Below, in pieces: positions 18,804-29,310 of a stretch of DNA of 64,000 nucleotides. The position numbers were made by a program, and so were the translations under genes. Below the pieces are notes generated by a model. That model ran no database searches. It was given only the letters and a program-made list of their open reading frames with translations, and was not told the DNA's origin. The DNA lies in contig CAINNF010000008.1 of the NCBI GenBank assembly GCA_903851045.1, positions 299 to 64,298 of the forward strand, written 5' to 3'. The stretch's first letter is position 1; every line of letters begins with the position of its first letter. The stretch comes from Candidatus Adlerbacteria bacterium. Lineage in GTDB: Bacteria > Patescibacteriota > Minisyncoccia > Phycocordibacterales > SBAW01.

Positions 18804-20576
18804 TTAGTGACCGTTCTTGACGCGATAGAAGTAGGACGAAGGGTCCGCACCAAGGACTTTGGGAGAGCCTTGTTCGATCACGCGACCTTTCTCGAGGACT
18901 ACCACGGTGTCTGAGGATTCGATCGTGCTCAGTCGGTGCGCGATGATGAGCACGGTGATCCGGCCGCGAAGGTCGTGGATCGCCTGTTGTATGAGCTTCT
19001 CCGACTCGGTGTCGAGCGCACTGGTCGCTTCGTCCAACAAGAGGATCGAGGGGCGACGCGCGAGCGCGCGAGCGAGCACCACGCGTTGTCGCTGCCCACC
19101 CGAGAGCATGACACCGTGGTCCCCTACCACCGTCTCGAACCCGTGTTGCAGGGACATGATGAAATCGTACAGATTCGCCTGCTTCGCCGCGGCGACGATA
19201 TCCTCGTCGGACAGGTCCGGATAATAGAAGCGGATGTTCTCCTTGATTGTGTCGTTGAGCAGGAAGATGTCTTGGGCGACGTACCCGATATGGGCACGCC
19301 ACTGCGACACCGCGATCCCCGAGAGCGGCTTCCCGTCGACGAGGATGGCGCCGGTGGACGGTTCGAAGAGTCGCAGCAAGAGGTCAGCTATCGTGGTCTT
19401 CCCTGCGCCGGATGGGCCGATGAGTCCGACCGTGTCGCCATGACGGATCGTGAAGTTCACCCCCGCAAGCGCCGACACTTCGCCCTGGTACAACAGCGAA
19501 ACATCCTTGAACTCGATATTGCGCGAGAACGCGAACTCATCCTTACCCGCGTCATCCGGCACTTCGACATGGTCGGTGAGCTGCTGCTTGAACGTCAGCA
19601 CGTTCTGCGCGTACGGCACCAGTTCACTGAACGAGTTGAGCGCGCCTTGTCCCGACTCAAGGTAGGTGAATATCTTTTGAATGAGGTAGAGCGTCGCTGC
19701 GAAGGAGACGAGACTAAAGCCGGGAGAGTGGTACGAGATCGAAAACAAAATGATGACAAAAAAGATACTGAACGGCTGGAACAGGCTGGTGCTGAGCGCG
19801 CGCACGAACGCCTTCTTTACATACAAGTGTCGCAGGTACGTGAACAGCTGGTGACTGTACGCAAGCGCACTGTCTTCGGCGCCGGACGCTTTGACCGCTT
19901 TCATGCCAAGGATGTGTTCGCTGAGGAACTGCGCGACCTTCTTCTCGGTGGTCGCCATGGCGTCCGCCATCTGTTGCATACGTCGCATCAGCGGGCGCAC
20001 AATACCGAGCAACACCGCACCCGCCGCCAAGGTCGCCAATGTCATACGCGGCGATATGTTGAGTGCCACGAGCAGATACATCGCGAACCCGGTGAACGAT
20101 TGTATCACCTGCCCCACTACCTCCAGGAGACTGCTGGTCATCTGGACATCGCGCACGAGCGTGCCCTGTACGTATCCCAGTTTTTGCTTGAGCAGATAGG
20201 GCCACGACGCGTAGAACGTCTTTTGGAGCATCTGTTCGCTCTCGTTACTTTGGAAGTCCGCCGTGATGAACCCACGGGTATACCCGAAGAGGATGGCGGC
20301 TGCCGCACGCATGAGGAATAGCCCGACGATCAGCACGAGCAGCGACCGGAAGGTGAACGCGACGTGGAGGAACTTGAAGAGTGCCTCTATCGCGCGCGAT
20401 ATGAAGTCGGTCGGCGTACCATTGTTGATCAAGAACGACAGGAGCGGAATGGCTGCATTGATGCCGATACCTTCGAGTACGGCGCCGAGCAGCCCGAGCA
20501 CCATAAGCCCGACTATGTGCCAGACATAGGGGCGGAACACTCGCTTCAACAATATAAAGGTCGCCTTGATGCGCAT
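18804..20576 (-). CDS. ABC transporter permease/ATPase (MsbA/PglK-like glycan flippase)
   Basis: TM domain, GPSGAGKT, LSGGQRQR, LDEATSALD and AHRL. Start overlaps the upstream stop. Confidence 0.92.
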   Translation of the reverse strand: MRIKATFILLKRVFRPYVWHIVGLMVLGLLGAVLEGIGINAAIPLLSFLINNGTPTDFISRAIEALFKFLHVAFTFRSLLVLIVGLFLMRAAAAILFGYTRGFITADFQSNESEQMLQKTFYASWPYLLKQKLGYVQGTLVRDVQMTSSLLEVVGQVIQSFTGFAMYLLVALNISPRMTLATLAAGAVLLGIVRPLMRRMQQMADAMATTEKKVAQFLSEHILGMKAVKASGAEDSALAYSHQLFTYLRHLYVKKAFVRALSTSLFQPFSIFFVIILFSISYHSPGFSLVSFAATLYLIQKIFTYLESGQGALNSFSELVPYAQNVLTFKQQLTDHVEVPDDAGKDEFAFSRNIEFKDVSLLYQGEVSALAGVNFTIRHGDTVGLIGPSGAGKTTIADLLLRLFEPSTGAILVDGKPLSGIAVSQWRAHIGYVAQDIFLLNDTIKENIRFYYPDLSDEDIVAAAKQANLYDFIMSLQHGFETVVGDHGVMLSGGQRQRVVLARALARRPSILLLDEATSALDTESEKLIQQAIHDLRGRITVLIIAHRLSTIESSDTVVVLEKGRVIEQGSPKVLGADPSSYFYRVKNGH

Positions 20577-21874
20577 TAGTCTTTGAGTTCGTCCACATGT
20601 GCGACGACCTTCTTGATCGCCTCGACGAACAGGTCGATATGTTCGATGGTGCGCGGATACTGACACAGCATCGTGCTCGTGAGCTCTCGCTCGAACATGC
20701 GCTCCACGACCGGGCAGAGCCCTTTGTCATAGTTCGGCTTTCCGTCGTAGCCATCGTACTCGAACGGAAAATGTGTCTCGTTGAACGCCTTGCGCTCTTG
20801 GAACAGGCGCTGGAGATAGATCGGCTTCACATACCCCGGCGACAGGGGGAACCCTTCCGCCCCCATCGCTTCCGCGAACTTGTCGCGCGTACAACCCAAC
20901 TGCTCCGGGTCGATCTTCATCACGTACTGGTAGTAGACGTGCGTGTTCTCGGGAGGAATATAGGGCAGGGTGATACCGTCTATCGCAAGCGCGGTCAACT
21001 TCTTCGTGAGATGGTCGCACAGTGCGATCTTCTTTTCGTTCAAAAAGTCGAGCTTGAGCGTCTGTTCGTACGCGATCGCGGCCTCGATCTCGGTCATGCG
21101 ATAGTTGCTGCCGAAGATCGGTCCGTCATGATAGTCGGGCAGCGCATCCGCCACGGATTCGCCATGATTGCGCGACAATTGCGCGCGGTGCGCGTAGCGG
21201 TCGTTATTGGTCACCAATACGCCACCCTCGCCCGACTGCACCACCTTGTGGACATTAAAACTGAAGACCCCGATGTCGCCTATCGTGCCGAGCAACTTAC
21301 CTTTATAAGTCGCTCCCGGTGACTGCGCGTTGTCTTCGATCACCTTGAGGTCATGTTCCTTCGCGATAGCGAGTATCTCGTCGAGGTCGGCACCTTGACC
21401 GAAGAGGTTGACCACCACGATCGCTTTGGTGTACTTGGTGATGCGTGCACGGATCGACGCGGGACTGATACAAAATGTCCGCTCATCGATATCGGCGAAT
21501 ATCGGTACGGCGCCGTTCATGAGGACACAGGTCGCGGAGGCGGCCATGCTGTAGGGAGGTACGATGACCTCGTCTCCCGGACCGATCTCGAGCGCCACAA
21601 TCGCCGCATGCAATGCGGTCGTCGCCGAGTTGAACGCCACCGCGTGCTGTACGCCGAACTTCTCTGCAAAGAGCGTTTCGAACCGGCGAACTTCGGGGCC
21701 ACCCTTGAACCGCTCGCCCGGAGTGCCCGTGAACCCAGACAAGGGACCTCGCGTGATCACTCGCTCGACCGCTACCAATTCTTCCTTCCCGGCATTGTGG
21801 ACGACAGGGAGCGGTTCGGTCAGGACGGGAGTCCCACCAAACAATGCAAGGGCCGACTTTTTTTCAGTATCCAT
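20576..21874 (-). CDS. DegT/DnrJ/EryC1/StrS sugar aminotransferase
   Basis: NSATTALH, IEDNAQ, FSFNVHKVVQSGEGG and NYRMTE. Confidence 0.95.
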   Translation of the reverse strand: MDTEKKSALALFGGTPVLTEPLPVVHNAGKEELVAVERVITRGPLSGFTGTPGERFKGGPEVRRFETLFAEKFGVQHAVAFNSATTALHAAIVALEIGPGDEVIVPPYSMAASATCVLMNGAVPIFADIDERTFCISPASIRARITKYTKAIVVVNLFGQGADLDEILAIAKEHDLKVIEDNAQSPGATYKGKLLGTIGDIGVFSFNVHKVVQSGEGGVLVTNNDRYAHRAQLSRNHGESVADALPDYHDGPIFGSNYRMTEIEAAIAYEQTLKLDFLNEKKIALCDHLTKKLTALAIDGITLPYIPPENTHVYYQYVMKIDPEQLGCTRDKFAEAMGAEGFPLSPGYVKPIYLQRLFQERKAFNETHFPFEYDGYDGKPNYDKGLCPVVERMFERELTSTMLCQYPRTIEHIDLFVEAIKKVVAHVDELKD

Positions 21875-21888
21875 AGTATCTAGTAGTA

Positions 21889-22896
21889 TTATAAAGTAAT
21901 AATCTTCTTCGAACGTGCGCTCTGTGCGAGCGCCTGGAGCACACGCATGGTGGCTAGTGCATCCGTCGCCGAGCTTTCGGTCGTACCCGTACCATCGATC
22001 CGTGTCACAACATGGTCGACCGCGTCCGCGACCATACTACGCACATCCTCGGTCGCACGGCCAGACGAAGAGAACTCTCGCACCCCTTTGAACTCGGCGG
22101 ATGTTCGTACGGGTCGATACTCGACATGATACCCGTACTTCGATATAACCACCTCTCCTGTATCGCATAACAAGTGGAAGTCGTGTATGCCGATCGTGCG
22201 TCCATCAAAACTCTGAAGCGTGGCGACCGTACCATTCATAAACCCGAGGAGACCGTCGATGTTCGCGTCACCGACGGGTGCTGTTGAGTTAACGACATTC
22301 TCGTGACCGACGGCCCACACACACTCGCTCCCAAGCAGAAAACGGAGCGCGTCGACCGTGTGTGTCCCGTTATTGTACAACCCGTTATTATAGTAGCAAG
22401 TTACTTGTTGTACACGACCGAACTTCCCCGCCGCGATGTCCTTTTGCACCTTTTTAAATAACGGGAAGAAGCGTCGCTGATGATTCACTACCAGCGCCAC
22501 GCGCGACTTCTCGACTGCTGCACGGATCGCCGCGCCGGACCTATCGCTCTGTGCGAGCGGCTTCTCGCACACGATACCTTTGACCCCTTGTTTGATCGCC
22601 AACTTGACCAACGCTTCATGTGTGCTCGGCGGCGTCGCTATGGCGACGATGTCGGGCCGTACCTCCGCAAGACACGCCTCGGCGTCCGTATAATAGGGCA
22701 CACGATAATAGTCGGCCGCTGCTCGTGCGAGCTTCTCATCCGTATCGACGACCGCGAGGAGTATGGTGCGTTTGTTGTGTTTAAATGCCGCTGCATGCGA
22801 CGCGGGCTTCGGGCGCCCAGGATCGTACTCGAACGACGCACCGATACGCCCGCATCCTATCACCACCGCCGTATATATGTGTTGTTTGATCTTCAT
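21889..22896 (-). CDS. Gfo/Idh/MocA oxidoreductase
   Basis: IGCGRIG, IATPPSTH, CEKP and NHQRRF. Confidence 0.93.
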   Translation of the reverse strand: MKIKQHIYTAVVIGCGRIGASFEYDPGRPKPASHAAAFKHNKRTILLAVVDTDEKLARAAADYYRVPYYTDAEACLAEVRPDIVAIATPPSTHEALVKLAIKQGVKGIVCEKPLAQSDRSGAAIRAAVEKSRVALVVNHQRRFFPLFKKVQKDIAAGKFGRVQQVTCYYNNGLYNNGTHTVDALRFLLGSECVWAVGHENVVNSTAPVGDANIDGLLGFMNGTVATLQSFDGRTIGIHDFHLLCDTGEVVISKYGYHVEYRPVRTSAEFKGVREFSSSGRATEDVRSMVADAVDHVVTRIDGTGTTESSATDALATMRVLQALAQSARSKKIITL

Positions 22897-22903
22897 ACTT
22901 CGT

Positions 22904-23965
22904 TTATGTTCTATCGAACTCCAAGAGCAGATGCACCTCCGAACACTGCTTGTTGGTATCTATCACTCCCTGCAATCCATCGATCATTGGTACGAACATC
23001 TGCGCGAGCAACGCACCTGCCTCGCGGTTCGCGGGTTCTTGTTCGATAGTGATCGTGAGCGAGCGATAGAGGTCTATCATGTCCGCCCCGAACCACCACT
23101 CGCCCACCGAGCGCATACCGAACTCCTTCGCTAAGTATACCAGCGATGACTCGGTGTACAGGTGTGTGTGCTCCACCGCCAACAATCGTGACACCACGTG
23201 TGGGAACGCAAGTTCGATGAACACGCTCGGACTGAACACCGGCACCAACAAAAAAAGATACTGCACCCGCGGGTTCGCGCGCAGTGCGGCCACCACGTCG
23301 CGCGGATGCTGCACATGTTCGAGCACGCCGACAAGTGACACCACGTCGGCGTCGACGCTTTCGGCCAACTGCACCACATCATCGAGTCCCATGAGCCGCA
23401 TGTCCACATCCGGTCGCATCGCTTGGGACAAGGCGACCAGTGTCGGTGACACCTCGTACGCGGTCACGTGCGGCAGTTCGGCATCGACGAGTCCCGCGGC
23501 AAAATAGCCCGCGCCCGCGCCAATGTCGGCGTAGCGCAGCGTTGCCGGGTCGTGACCTCTCGCCACGAGTACATCCTTTACGAAGGCCGCTTTCGGGAGA
23601 TAGATGTCGGCAACCCGCTTCGCATATGCGGCTGCGTCGTCCGCACTATACGTCGCCCCGTACGACTCGCCACCGTCGTGCGTATAGATCGCCTGACAAA
23701 ATGCCGTGGTGTCCTCATGCAAGCCGTTCACCTGTCCACAACGAGTACAGATAGTGTACGGGACACCAAGCTTCACGAACGCGGATGCGCCGAGCTTTTG
23801 CGCACAATTCTTGCACGACTCGCGCGCAGGCTGCTGCACGTACAGCTCGGCGACCTTTTTCTCCGCCTCGAGCGCCGCGTCGTTATCCTCGAAAAAAGAC
23901 TTCTTATGTTCGAACATGACCCCGCTCGGTTTGGAGAATCTCACTATCTTTTCGAAAGTTCCCAT
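22904..23965 (-). CDS. Class I SAM-dependent methyltransferase with Cys pairs
   Basis: CKNC/CTRC, DIGAGAG and VLEHV. Confidence 0.85.
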   Translation of the reverse strand: MGTFEKIVRFSKPSGVMFEHKKSFFEDNDAALEAEKKVAELYVQQPARESCKNCAQKLGASAFVKLGVPYTICTRCGQVNGLHEDTTAFCQAIYTHDGGESYGATYSADDAAAYAKRVADIYLPKAAFVKDVLVARGHDPATLRYADIGAGAGYFAAGLVDAELPHVTAYEVSPTLVALSQAMRPDVDMRLMGLDDVVQLAESVDADVVSLVGVLEHVQHPRDVVAALRANPRVQYLFLLVPVFSPSVFIELAFPHVVSRLLAVEHTHLYTESSLVYLAKEFGMRSVGEWWFGADMIDLYRSLTITIEQEPANREAGALLAQMFVPMIDGLQGVIDTNKQCSEVHLLLEFDRT

Positions 23966-24044
23966 ATCGGCCTTACAGTACTACAACATCCGCTTCTTAT
24001 CAAAAGAAACAGCCGATACCAACGAGGGTACCGGCTGTGAGGGA

Positions 24045-25163
24045 CTAGGAGTGTCCCAACAGGAACTGTGCAACGCGAGCGCCGCCATCTGCTTTGAGTC
24101 GAGGCTTTGGCCTCGCGTCACGAAGTGCTCGCGCGATCACCCGCTCGTTGCGCGCGAGCTTCACGTACTCCATATGTCGCAGCAACGCGACCTCGTGGGA
24201 GGTGAACAAGGCATCGAAGATCTGCCCCGTCGCCCGCTCACGTAGAGCCAGCACGAGTGCGAGCCGACCATAGTACGGAGCCTGCACCACGAAACTCGAC
24301 GTGGGCATGCATGCGACGACATCGGCAGCCAAGACGCATTCGTCGAAGGTGACGCTCGACGGATCCCATACTGCCCGCATATTCGGAGGCAGGTCGTGCG
24401 GGATCCGAGACCGCATGAGCGGATGCTCAGCTGCCGCGCGTGGGTGTGGACGGATCAGACAGCAGAAGTCCCGTTCCGTATACGCTTGTGCGATGGTCCG
24501 CACCCCACCCAACACCGAGTCCAACGTCGAAAGTTGGATGTCGGGATGATCGGGAAAATCGGAACTCACGAGCCCCGAGTACAGGAGGACCCGCGTATCC
24601 TTGCTGACTCCAAGCCGCTCCCGCACCTCGTGTCGCACCCGCGGCTCGGGCGGCTCGACCAGCATGCCAGATATCAGAAACTGGCCAGGATCGATAAGAT
24701 CTCGCGACCTCCACACTGGCACCACCTCGGCACTCGTCACCAATCCATGCCACCGAGGGTCACTGCCCCTGAGCACCTCGCTACCCACCGCCTGCAGACC
24801 ATCGAGATCGACCAGCAATCGGTCAGCATGCGTCTGCGCGAACTGGATACACCAGCAAGTCCATTCGCTCGTCGGCTCTATACCCACCAGTGCTGCATCG
24901 TACCAGCCGTCGAGCGTCGTCGCATCGTCGGTCTCATAGAAAGGAAGTGCCCCTCGTGCGATGAGCCGTCGGATCTCTTCGACCGCCCAACCGTACGCGA
25001 CCAACACCGCGCCCCCAAACAACGCAGACGCGATCAGCTCCGATACCACACGTCGAACCAAGTTGAGCGTCGCAGGCTGCTCTGCTTCGAACAAGATACG
25101 AACACCGCGCGGATGAAATTGAGCCGTGCGAAAAACGACCATCCCCTCGGGTGGTGCTTGCAT
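24045..25163 (-). CDS. Hypothetical GT-B-like protein, distantly similar to 28241-29308
   Basis: RPHPR motif, ADVV...SS...APYYG and C-terminal DGGARVAQFL. Confidence 0.55.
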   Translation of the reverse strand: MQAPPEGMVVFRTAQFHPRGVRILFEAEQPATLNLVRRVVSELIASALFGGAVLVAYGWAVEEIRRLIARGALPFYETDDATTLDGWYDAALVGIEPTSEWTCWCIQFAQTHADRLLVDLDGLQAVGSEVLRGSDPRWHGLVTSAEVVPVWRSRDLIDPGQFLISGMLVEPPEPRVRHEVRERLGVSKDTRVLLYSGLVSSDFPDHPDIQLSTLDSVLGGVRTIAQAYTERDFCCLIRPHPRAAAEHPLMRSRIPHDLPPNMRAVWDPSSVTFDECVLAADVVACMPTSSFVVQAPYYGRLALVLALRERATGQIFDALFTSHEVALLRHMEYVKLARNERVIARALRDARPKPRLKADGGARVAQFLLGHS

Positions 25164-25255
25164 GACGGTACCCCTTCACGATAATGAACGCCAAAAGTCA
25201 CATTAGAACAAAAGATTTGTATTGTCCAGTATACAAGCAGGCACTCTCACGAAAG

Positions 25256-25287
25256 AAAAACCCTCCCTAGTGTGTCCTAGGGAGGGT
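25256..25287 (-). terminator. Intrinsic terminator
   Basis: ACCCTCCCTAG / CTAGGGAGGGT followed by a T run on the minus strand. Confidence 0.7.
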
Positions 25288-25298
25288 GGCTAACATAC

Positions 25299-26180
25299 TT
25301 AGAGACTCAACGCGATCATCAGGACCGCCACGAGTCCAAGAGCAAAAAATCCGTAGTCGACCAAAGCGAGGTCTTTCTTCTCGTTAAAAAAGTATAGACC
25401 AATCAGCCCCGGCAAGGTGGTCTCCGCAATAAGGAAGATCGCCTGGGTAGCGATTATCGGTGCGAGTTGCAGCACCCACACATGGGCAGCTAATGCAGCA
25501 ACGATGACCGCACCTAACGCTACACTGAACCACACGTCGCGGAGTGTGAGAACATCAAGTCCTTTGATCATTCGTTTGCGAAGCAGGATGATGACACCAA
25601 CACTCGTGGCTCCTGGATACCAGCCGACCACGAACGAGCCGATGTCCATCACGTCTCGAAGTGCCAATGCGCGAATACTGAACACGACCACCCCATACGT
25701 TGCGGAAAATCCCGCCACCCATAGGACAAATGCCATGGTCGACTCGATCCTCTTGTCCGTCTTGCGCCGACAATCGCGTATCAGCAACGTTATGGTGACG
25801 CCGAACGCAAGCAGTATGCCGGCAACAAGCAGCCCATTGAAGAACCTGCCCTCCCCAAGGACTGCCCAACCAAGAAACATGGCGGACAGATCGTCCATCC
25901 ATGTGCAGAGTGCATAGCGCGAAAGCGACAGATGCATCGCCCGCCATTGGCAGTAAGCACCCAACGCGCTCAAGGCTCCCAGTCCAGCAGCCACGAACGT
26001 CCACTGGTTGAGCGTGGCCCCAGACCACATGCCGACACCGATCGCGATAACGGTCGCCGCGACGAATTGCAGCAGGAAGCGCTCCTCACGACCATGTGTG
26101 GCCGCCAGGATCTTTTGCAGAGTGGGCGCGACCACCTGTGCCACGACCACACGCAATAACAACGGCACTAACCACGACAT
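25299..26180 (-). CDS. DMT/EamA-like 10-TM transporter
   Basis: Two hydrophobic halves ending in VLGE and FFNEK. SD AAGGAGG. Confidence 0.7.
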   Translation of the reverse strand: MSWLVPLLLRVVVAQVVAPTLQKILAATHGREERFLLQFVAATVIAIGVGMWSGATLNQWTFVAAGLGALSALGAYCQWRAMHLSLSRYALCTWMDDLSAMFLGWAVLGEGRFFNGLLVAGILLAFGVTITLLIRDCRRKTDKRIESTMAFVLWVAGFSATYGVVVFSIRALALRDVMDIGSFVVGWYPGATSVGVIILLRKRMIKGLDVLTLRDVWFSVALGAVIVAALAAHVWVLQLAPIIATQAIFLIAETTLPGLIGLYFFNEKKDLALVDYGFFALGLVAVLMIALSL

Positions 26181-26244
26181 GAAGGATACCTCCTTTTACT
26201 ACATCTTATGTAATTATAATACAAATATTATAAAAAGCAAGTAC

Positions 26245-26280
26245 AAAAGAACCGCCCAGTACCACGTGAGTACTGGGCGG
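26245..26280 (-). terminator. Intrinsic terminator
   Basis: CCGCCCAGTAC / GTACTGGGCGG followed by TTCTTTT on the minus strand. Confidence 0.7.
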
Positions 26281-26288
26281 GAAAGGAA

Positions 26289-27341
26289 TCAGTCGAAACT
26301 GGGGAAACCCGTCACTGCGCGCTTGAGGTTCTCCAGAACAGCCGGGTCGTACGATCCCCTGATCACGTCAAGCGCAGCTCGAGCAAACGCCTGGCTCCAC
26401 TCATCGCGGATCCCGTCGACCACGCCGTCGTACAGATTCAGTGTTGCCGACAGGAAATGGTTCAGCATAAAGCATTGCTCGAGTACGACCCCTTCGGGAC
26501 CCGACGCAACTGCACCGTATCCTTCAAGGAAAGCTGCGCGTGCGGCAGCGAACTGGTTCCTCCCATACAGCCCGAAAAGCTGCATGCTGGCACACGCCAC
26601 CTCGAGTTCAGCAGGGCCTGCCTGTGCAAACTCAACATCGAAGATGCCGCTCACTTTACCCGTACTCGGGTCGACCAAGAGGCTCCGCGAATGCTGGTCA
26701 TAGACCACCAAATGAGGTGCCGCGATCCAGTGTCGCAGACCGTCGACGCTCGCGCGCACCCATGCCCGCAGTTCCACCTGTTCATCTTCCGTGAAGTAGG
26801 TGGTGAGTCGTGCATGGGACCAGTGACGCTCGAAGATGTGCGCGACACGTTCAGCGAGCGAGGTACTGCCGTTGCCGATGCCGTCCGGCTGGATATCGCC
26901 GAACCGATCGAACAATATACTGCGCGTCGCCGACAGGGTGTGACCCAAATTACGAAGTGCGTTAAAGAAGTCGGGCAGGTGATGCTGCCGTGACTTCATG
27001 TACTCGGCGAACGTCACACCGTTCAGATAGCTCAACAGAGCGTATGGCCGCGGTGCACTCTCGTCGCCTTGGTACACGTCGGGAACAGGAATGCCAGCCT
27101 CACGCAACAGACCCAGCACCGCAAGCTGTCGTCGCAACGATGACTCGCCGCCAAAGTATGCGTCAAGATGGGGAACGGGATTCTGCTGTTCACGGCAAAG
27201 CACGCCGGCACCCCCATCGGCGAACGTGAACGCATAATTCACGTGCGACCTTCCGGCAAGCACCTTAACGTCTTCGATCTCCCTTTCGGGAAAACAAGCG
27301 AGCACGGCGTTTACCACGCTCGGAGGAACCGAAGAAAGCAT
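26289..27341 (-). CDS. APH/choline-kinase-like phosphotransferase
   Basis: GIPVPDV, LVVYDQH (degenerate Brenner motif) and GIFDVEFA. Confidence 0.78.
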   Translation of the reverse strand: MLSSVPPSVVNAVLACFPEREIEDVKVLAGRSHVNYAFTFADGGAGVLCREQQNPVPHLDAYFGGESSLRRQLAVLGLLREAGIPVPDVYQGDESAPRPYALLSYLNGVTFAEYMKSRQHHLPDFFNALRNLGHTLSATRSILFDRFGDIQPDGIGNGSTSLAERVAHIFERHWSHARLTTYFTEDEQVELRAWVRASVDGLRHWIAAPHLVVYDQHSRSLLVDPSTGKVSGIFDVEFAQAGPAELEVACASMQLFGLYGRNQFAAARAAFLEGYGAVASGPEGVVLEQCFMLNHFLSATLNLYDGVVDGIRDEWSQAFARAALDVIRGSYDPAVLENLKRAVTGFPSFD

Positions 27342-27390
27342 GTCAGTCTCCTAACTGTTTGTTGTTACTCTGAAAGTCCAGCCAGATTAG

Positions 27391-27419
27391 ATTTTAATGT
27401 GACATGGCACATATGTCAA
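27391..27419 (-). promoter_or_regulatory. Sigma70-like promoter
   Basis: TTGACA-17 nt-TAAAAT, with SD AGGAG before ATG 27341. Confidence 0.6.
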
Positions 27420-27474
27420 GATTTTATATCCTGACACGGACACAAAAAGCGGCTGGTACGATTATGGAACGCTG

Positions 27475-28233
27475 TTACGCCTTCGGGAACGTCTTTTGGA
27501 CGATGTCTTTGTTGATGGCAGCGACCTCGGGGTGGGCTTGCAGATAGTCGAGGATCTCGTTCGTGGTCGGCTGGTCCTCGGGTTGGGTAAAGCCCATGCC
27601 GGTGGCGACCGCTCGCAAGAGGTCTAGGTCTTGCTGCGTGTCGAGCGTCAGTCGCGCCTGCGGCGCGAACGGGTGCACCACGGTCGGCTCGACGATGCGC
27701 TGTCGAAAGAGTTCGGGATGGTGATAGAAGTATGGCGTCACATGCTCGTGGTCGTACGGGTCGGTCGCCTCTGCCGCGACACGGTCGAATGCGGCACGGC
27801 CGAAGACCTGGGTCCCCGTGCCGACCGGCAAGCCGCCGGGATGACTGTTCAGATAGTCGAACTGCCCTTCCTCATATATCTCGACCATGTGGTCCATGAC
27901 CGCAAGGTCGAAGAAGGGATTGTCCCCTGTCGAGTCGGCGATGATCTGTGTGTCGAACGCGTGGACCGCTTCGGCAAATCGCTGGAGCACATCGTCTTCG
28001 CTACCGCGGTACACGTCGCAGCCGACCTTCTTACACAACGCCTCGGTGGCGTCGTCCTTGGGGTTGGTGGAGGTCGCGATGATGACCCGGTCGACATAGT
28101 TCGAAAGCCGACCTCTCGCGATGATCCACTCCAGCGGAGAATACTCGCCGATGAACGGCATAAGTATCTTCCCCGGCAAACGACTCGAACCCATACGCGC
28201 CTGCACTATCAGATGTACGCCTTGTTTTTTCAT
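27475..28233 (-). CDS. SpsF-type cytidylyltransferase
   Basis: IVQARMGSSRLPGKIL, GSEDDVLQRF, TGDNP, EHVT and RLTLDT. Confidence 0.9.
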   Translation of the reverse strand: MKKQGVHLIVQARMGSSRLPGKILMPFIGEYSPLEWIIARGRLSNYVDRVIIATSTNPKDDATEALCKKVGCDVYRGSEDDVLQRFAEAVHAFDTQIIADSTGDNPFFDLAVMDHMVEIYEEGQFDYLNSHPGGLPVGTGTQVFGRAAFDRVAAEATDPYDHEHVTPYFYHHPELFRQRIVEPTVVHPFAPQARLTLDTQQDLDLLRAVATGMGFTQPEDQPTTNEILDYLQAHPEVAAINKDIVQKTFPKA

Positions 28234-28240
28234 ACCGATA

Positions 28241-29308
28241 CTATAGCACAGTGTCACTTGAGCAAACAAGAGAATCTATGACCTGCAGGATCCTTTCGGC
28301 GGCACCGCGGGGCCAGATGGTGGAGATGTCGAGGGCGGTTGGTGGACGCTGACCTGCCGCATATATGGCGAGCGCGGACTGGAGTTCGTCCTCGGTCGAA
28401 AGTTTGGTCGTGAGCCCCAGACGGTTCGTCGCAAGCGGGTCACCGCCAGTGATCCCCGGCTCATAGCTCAGTACATACTTCCCTGCCGCACGGGCTTGGA
28501 TGAGTACCGGCGAGAACATCCCGATGATACACTCCGACCGAGAGAGAGCCTCCTCGAGTGTGTCTGCTTGGGCAAGGGCGACGCGCGCATCGAGATATGA
28601 ATCGTATTTGTGCGGATCATCCTTGGGATGCAAGCGGATAGACAACCGAAACTGCTCCGGCAACTTTCGTAGTGCGCGCAGCAAATGTTCGATCACCACG
28701 TATTCATCGAACCCATACCCCATCCCGTCGACCTCTCGTACTGGCTGAGAGACGAACAGGAGCAGGTGCGGATCCTCCTGGTCGCGTGTGATCCCTTGGG
28801 TAAAGTGCTCGACGTGCGGGTTACCCGTCACACACAACAATGCGTCGTCGAGTCCGACCGCGAGCATCTCGAGACGTGCAAGTTCGTCCATCACGCACAC
28901 GACGGTCGGTAGATACCCGAGCTCGTCGCCTGCGGTCGAGAAGCGCAGACGATAGTTCGACCAAAAATCCAGCACGTATACAGAAGGTACGTGCGGTATG
29001 AGCCGAAAGATCTTCTTGTCGATCGTGTCGCCCGCGCTCGTACCCGCCAAAAAAATATCCGGCCGCGCCGCCAACACTGCCGCCTGCAGCTCCTCCGGTG
29101 TGTATGCGCTCGCATCCTGCACCTCGAACCCATGTTGGCGAGCGATCGCGAGCGCGGGACCAGTCGCGATGCCGACCACCTGGTCGTGTCGGTCCAGCAA
29201 CGCTTTGACAACCCACACGATCGCGTTCATGCCACCGGCATCGTTCGCGCTCCACAGTATCCGCTTATGCGGATCAGATACTCCGAGGGGTGTGTCCTGT
29301 GCCGACAT
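28241..29308 (-). CDS. GT-B-like protein (possible nonulosonate transferase)
   Basis: DAGG, LDFWSNY, VTGNPH, FVSQP and RLHPKD. Confidence 0.6.
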   Translation of the reverse strand: MSAQDTPLGVSDPHKRILWSANDAGGMNAIVWVVKALLDRHDQVVGIATGPALAIARQHGFEVQDASAYTPEELQAAVLAARPDIFLAGTSAGDTIDKKIFRLIPHVPSVYVLDFWSNYRLRFSTAGDELGYLPTVVCVMDELARLEMLAVGLDDALLCVTGNPHVEHFTQGITRDQEDPHLLLFVSQPVREVDGMGYGFDEYVVIEHLLRALRKLPEQFRLSIRLHPKDDPHKYDSYLDARVALAQADTLEEALSRSECIIGMFSPVLIQARAAGKYVLSYEPGITGGDPLATNRLGLTTKLSTEDELQSALAIYAAGQRPPTALDISTIWPRGAAERILQVIDSLVCSSDTVL

Positions 29309-29310
29309 AC

